Below are positions 61,901 through 64,000 of a stretch of 64,000 nucleotides of DNA, in pieces (position 1 is the first letter of the stretch; the number at the start of each line of letters is the position of its first letter). A program made the position numbers and the translations under genes. Origin of the DNA: an uncultured Candidatus Rokubacteria bacterium (GTDB taxonomy: Bacteria; Methylomirabilota; Methylomirabilia; Rokubacteriales; CSP1-6); assembly GCA_963789955.1 (NCBI GenBank), contig CAWBMV010000013.1:32001-96000 (forward strand), written 5' to 3'. The notes below the pieces were generated by a model. The model saw nothing but the letters and a program-made list of their open reading frames with translations. It was not told the origin of the DNA and did no database searches.

Positions 61901-64000
61901 TTGTGGTGGGCGACGAAATGAATCAGGTTTCCGTCGAATCGATACACGCCACCGAGGCGGCCGTCGCACAGCCTCACGACACTCTCGGCAATGGTGTCGA
62001 AGACGGGCTGGGTGTCGGTCGGCGACTGGCTGATGACTTTGAGTATTTCGCTGGTCGCGGTCTGCTGCTCCAGAGCGTCCGTCAGGTCGGCGTTCTTGGT
62101 CTGGAGCTCCGTGAGCAGTCGCGCGTTCTCGATCGCGATGGCCGCCTGGTCGGCGAAGGTCTCCATCAACGCTATCTGGCTGTCGGTAAATGGGCGCACG
62201 TCGTGGCGGTACACCATGATGACCCCGAGCAGTTCCCTCCCTCGGAGCATGGGGGCGGCCAGCGCGGTGCGGATCGGCTCAACGACATTTCCGCGATAGG
62301 TGATCTCCGGATCCGCCTGGACGTCGTGGATGTGGACACTCCGCCGCTCGAGGCCGGCACGCCCCATCACGGAGTGGCGTCCTACCGGGAAGGGATTCTG
62401 CTCGGCAAACGCTCTGAGCTCGGGTGACACATTGTGGGCGGCGACCATTCGAAGCACTCGACCATCGAAGCGGTGGGCGAGTGCGCGCTCGGCCTCGCAC
62501 AGGCGTCGGGCATTCTCGACGAGCGTCTCGAACACCGGCTGCAGATCGAAGGTCGACCGCCCGATCACTTTGAGGAGTTCGCTAGTCGCCGTCTGCTGCT
62601 CGAGCGCGACCCGCAGCTCACTGTTGCGCGCCTCCAGCTCTTTGAACAGGCGCACGTTCTCGATGGCGATGACGGCCTGATCGGCGAAGGTCTTAACGAG
62701 CTCGATCTGCCTCTCCGAGACCGGTCCTACCTGAACTCGCCCGACACTGATCACCCCGATGGGATTGCCCTCACGCAACATTGGGACCGACAAGACACTC
62801 CGAAAGCCCGTCACGCCGCCGAGCTGACGGCTCAAGGCGGCATCAGTTGAATCTGCCTCGATATCCGGCACGTGCACGACCGCACGATCCAGAATGGCCC
62901 GAGCGGACAGATTGGATCGATTGGGCGGCATTGGAAAGGTCCGAGCGAAGAGCTCCAGGGCTTCCGGCGTGAAGTTGTGGTATGCGGCGAGATGGACCAG
63001 CACGCCGTCGAACCTGAACACGCCCGCGTGGACTCCGTCACACAGCTTCACCACGTTTCGGGCGATCGTATCGAAGACCGGCTGGGTATCCGTCGGCGAC
63101 TGGCTGATGACCCGCAGAATGTCGCTGGTCGCCGTCTGCTGCTCCAGAGTCTCGGTGAGGTCGGCGTTCTTGGTCTGGAGCTCGATGAGCAGCCGCGCGT
63201 TCTCGATGGCGATCGCCGCCTGGTCCGCGAAGGTCTCCATCAAGGCGATCTGGTTGGCGGTAAACGGCACCACCTCGTATCGGACGATGTTGATAGCTCC
63301 GAGAAGCTCGCCGGCCCTGAGCATCGGTACGGCGATCAAAGTCCGGAAGGGACTCACCTCTCGCGAGCCGTAGGTGTACTCGGGATCAGAGCGGACATCG
63401 AGGATGTGGACCGTGCGCCGCTCGAGCGCGGCACGACCTGCGCCACTGCCCCGTCCCGGCTGGATCGGATTCCGCTCCTGGAACGCTCTCAGCTCTGGCG
63501 AGATGTTGTGGGAGGCCACGACCCGCAACGCCTGCCCGTCGAACCGAAAGATCAGCGCGTGCTGAGCCTCACATAACCTGACCGCGTTCTCGGCCAGCGT
63601 CTCGAACACCGGTTGCAGATCGAACGTCGACCGCCCGATCACCTTGAGTAGCTCGCTGGTCGCTGTCTGCTGCTCGAGTGAGGCTCGCAACTCGCTGTTG
63701 CGTGTCTCCAGCTCCTTGAACAGCCGGACGTTCTCGATCGCGATGACGGCCTGGTCGGCGAACGTTTGCAACAGCTCCGCCTGTCGGTCCGTGAACGGGT
63801 TCACCTCCGTGCGCCGCAACTGGATCACCCCCAGCGCGGCCCCTTCTCGAATCAGCGGAGCGCTCAACATCGTGCGCAAGCCGAACGCTCTGGCATTCGC
63901 CATCGATTCGGGGAACTCGCTCCCCTCGGCCTGGAGGTCGACGACCTGCATGGCTCGCCTCTCCAGCACCGTTCGCCCTCCGACCGTTCCGCGGCTCAGC
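58956..64000 (-). CDS. Large hybrid histidine kinase: at least 7 tandem GAF domains - HisKA - HATPase - REC - REC (starts beyond window; frameshifts ~60210 and ~59800)
   Basis: Repeated FADQA.IAIEN.RL..EL....LEQQTATS linkers; [37 protein letters not shown]; receivers ITLDVMMP and LLDLMMP. Confidence 0.92.
61040..63790 (-). repeat. Intragenic tandem repeat, period 1074 bp (358 aa = two GAF domains)
   Basis: CTCGAACACCGG at 61453, 62527 and 63601; TCGAAGAC.GGCTGGGT at 61997 and 63071. Confidence 0.88.

Noticed and set aside
1..64000. CRISPR arrays, tRNA/rRNA genes, IS elements, prophage
   Set aside because: No spaced short direct repeats, no RNA-gene signatures, and no transposase, integrase or phage genes recognised; intergenic space is minimal

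Overview
A high-GC, gene-dense bacterial chromosomal segment with about 58 protein-coding loci. I found no rRNA, tRNA, CRISPR array, transposase or integrase. The content is mostly catabolic: two TauD/TfdA dioxygenases, PhyH, two LLM oxidoreductases, an orphan XDH-family Mo-enzyme large subunit, YqeC, a barbiturase-like ring-opening amidohydrolase, an amidase, many hydrolases, two peptide/nickel-type ABC importers and MFS/DMT carriers. It also holds signalling genes (a cyclase-STAND-TPR protein, and a kinase with at least 7 GAF domains followed by a REC protein and a HisKA-REC-cyclase) and DNA-acting genes (DUF222-HNH, SNF2+SWIM, 5'-3' exonuclease, SbcD-like phosphoesterase, two Uma2 relics). 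An outer-membrane beta-barrel indicates a diderm host. The repertoire resembles soil Rokubacteria/Methylomirabilota, but that is inference only. Roughly half the genes carry short indels, most likely long-read consensus errors, so many ORF-track entries are split or chimeric and some gene ends are approximate. The most notable signals are: an exact 1074-bp two-GAF repeat period; a cyclase with non-canonical base-specificity residues at the end of a phosphorelay; paired perfect 16-bp palindromes inside the DUF222-HNH gene; leaderless-type and palindromic shared -10 boxes; several deletion relics; a barbiturase-like gene coupled to a nuclease; and an amidase with a fused GatC/AtzG-like tail. None is proven to be a new system from sequence alone.
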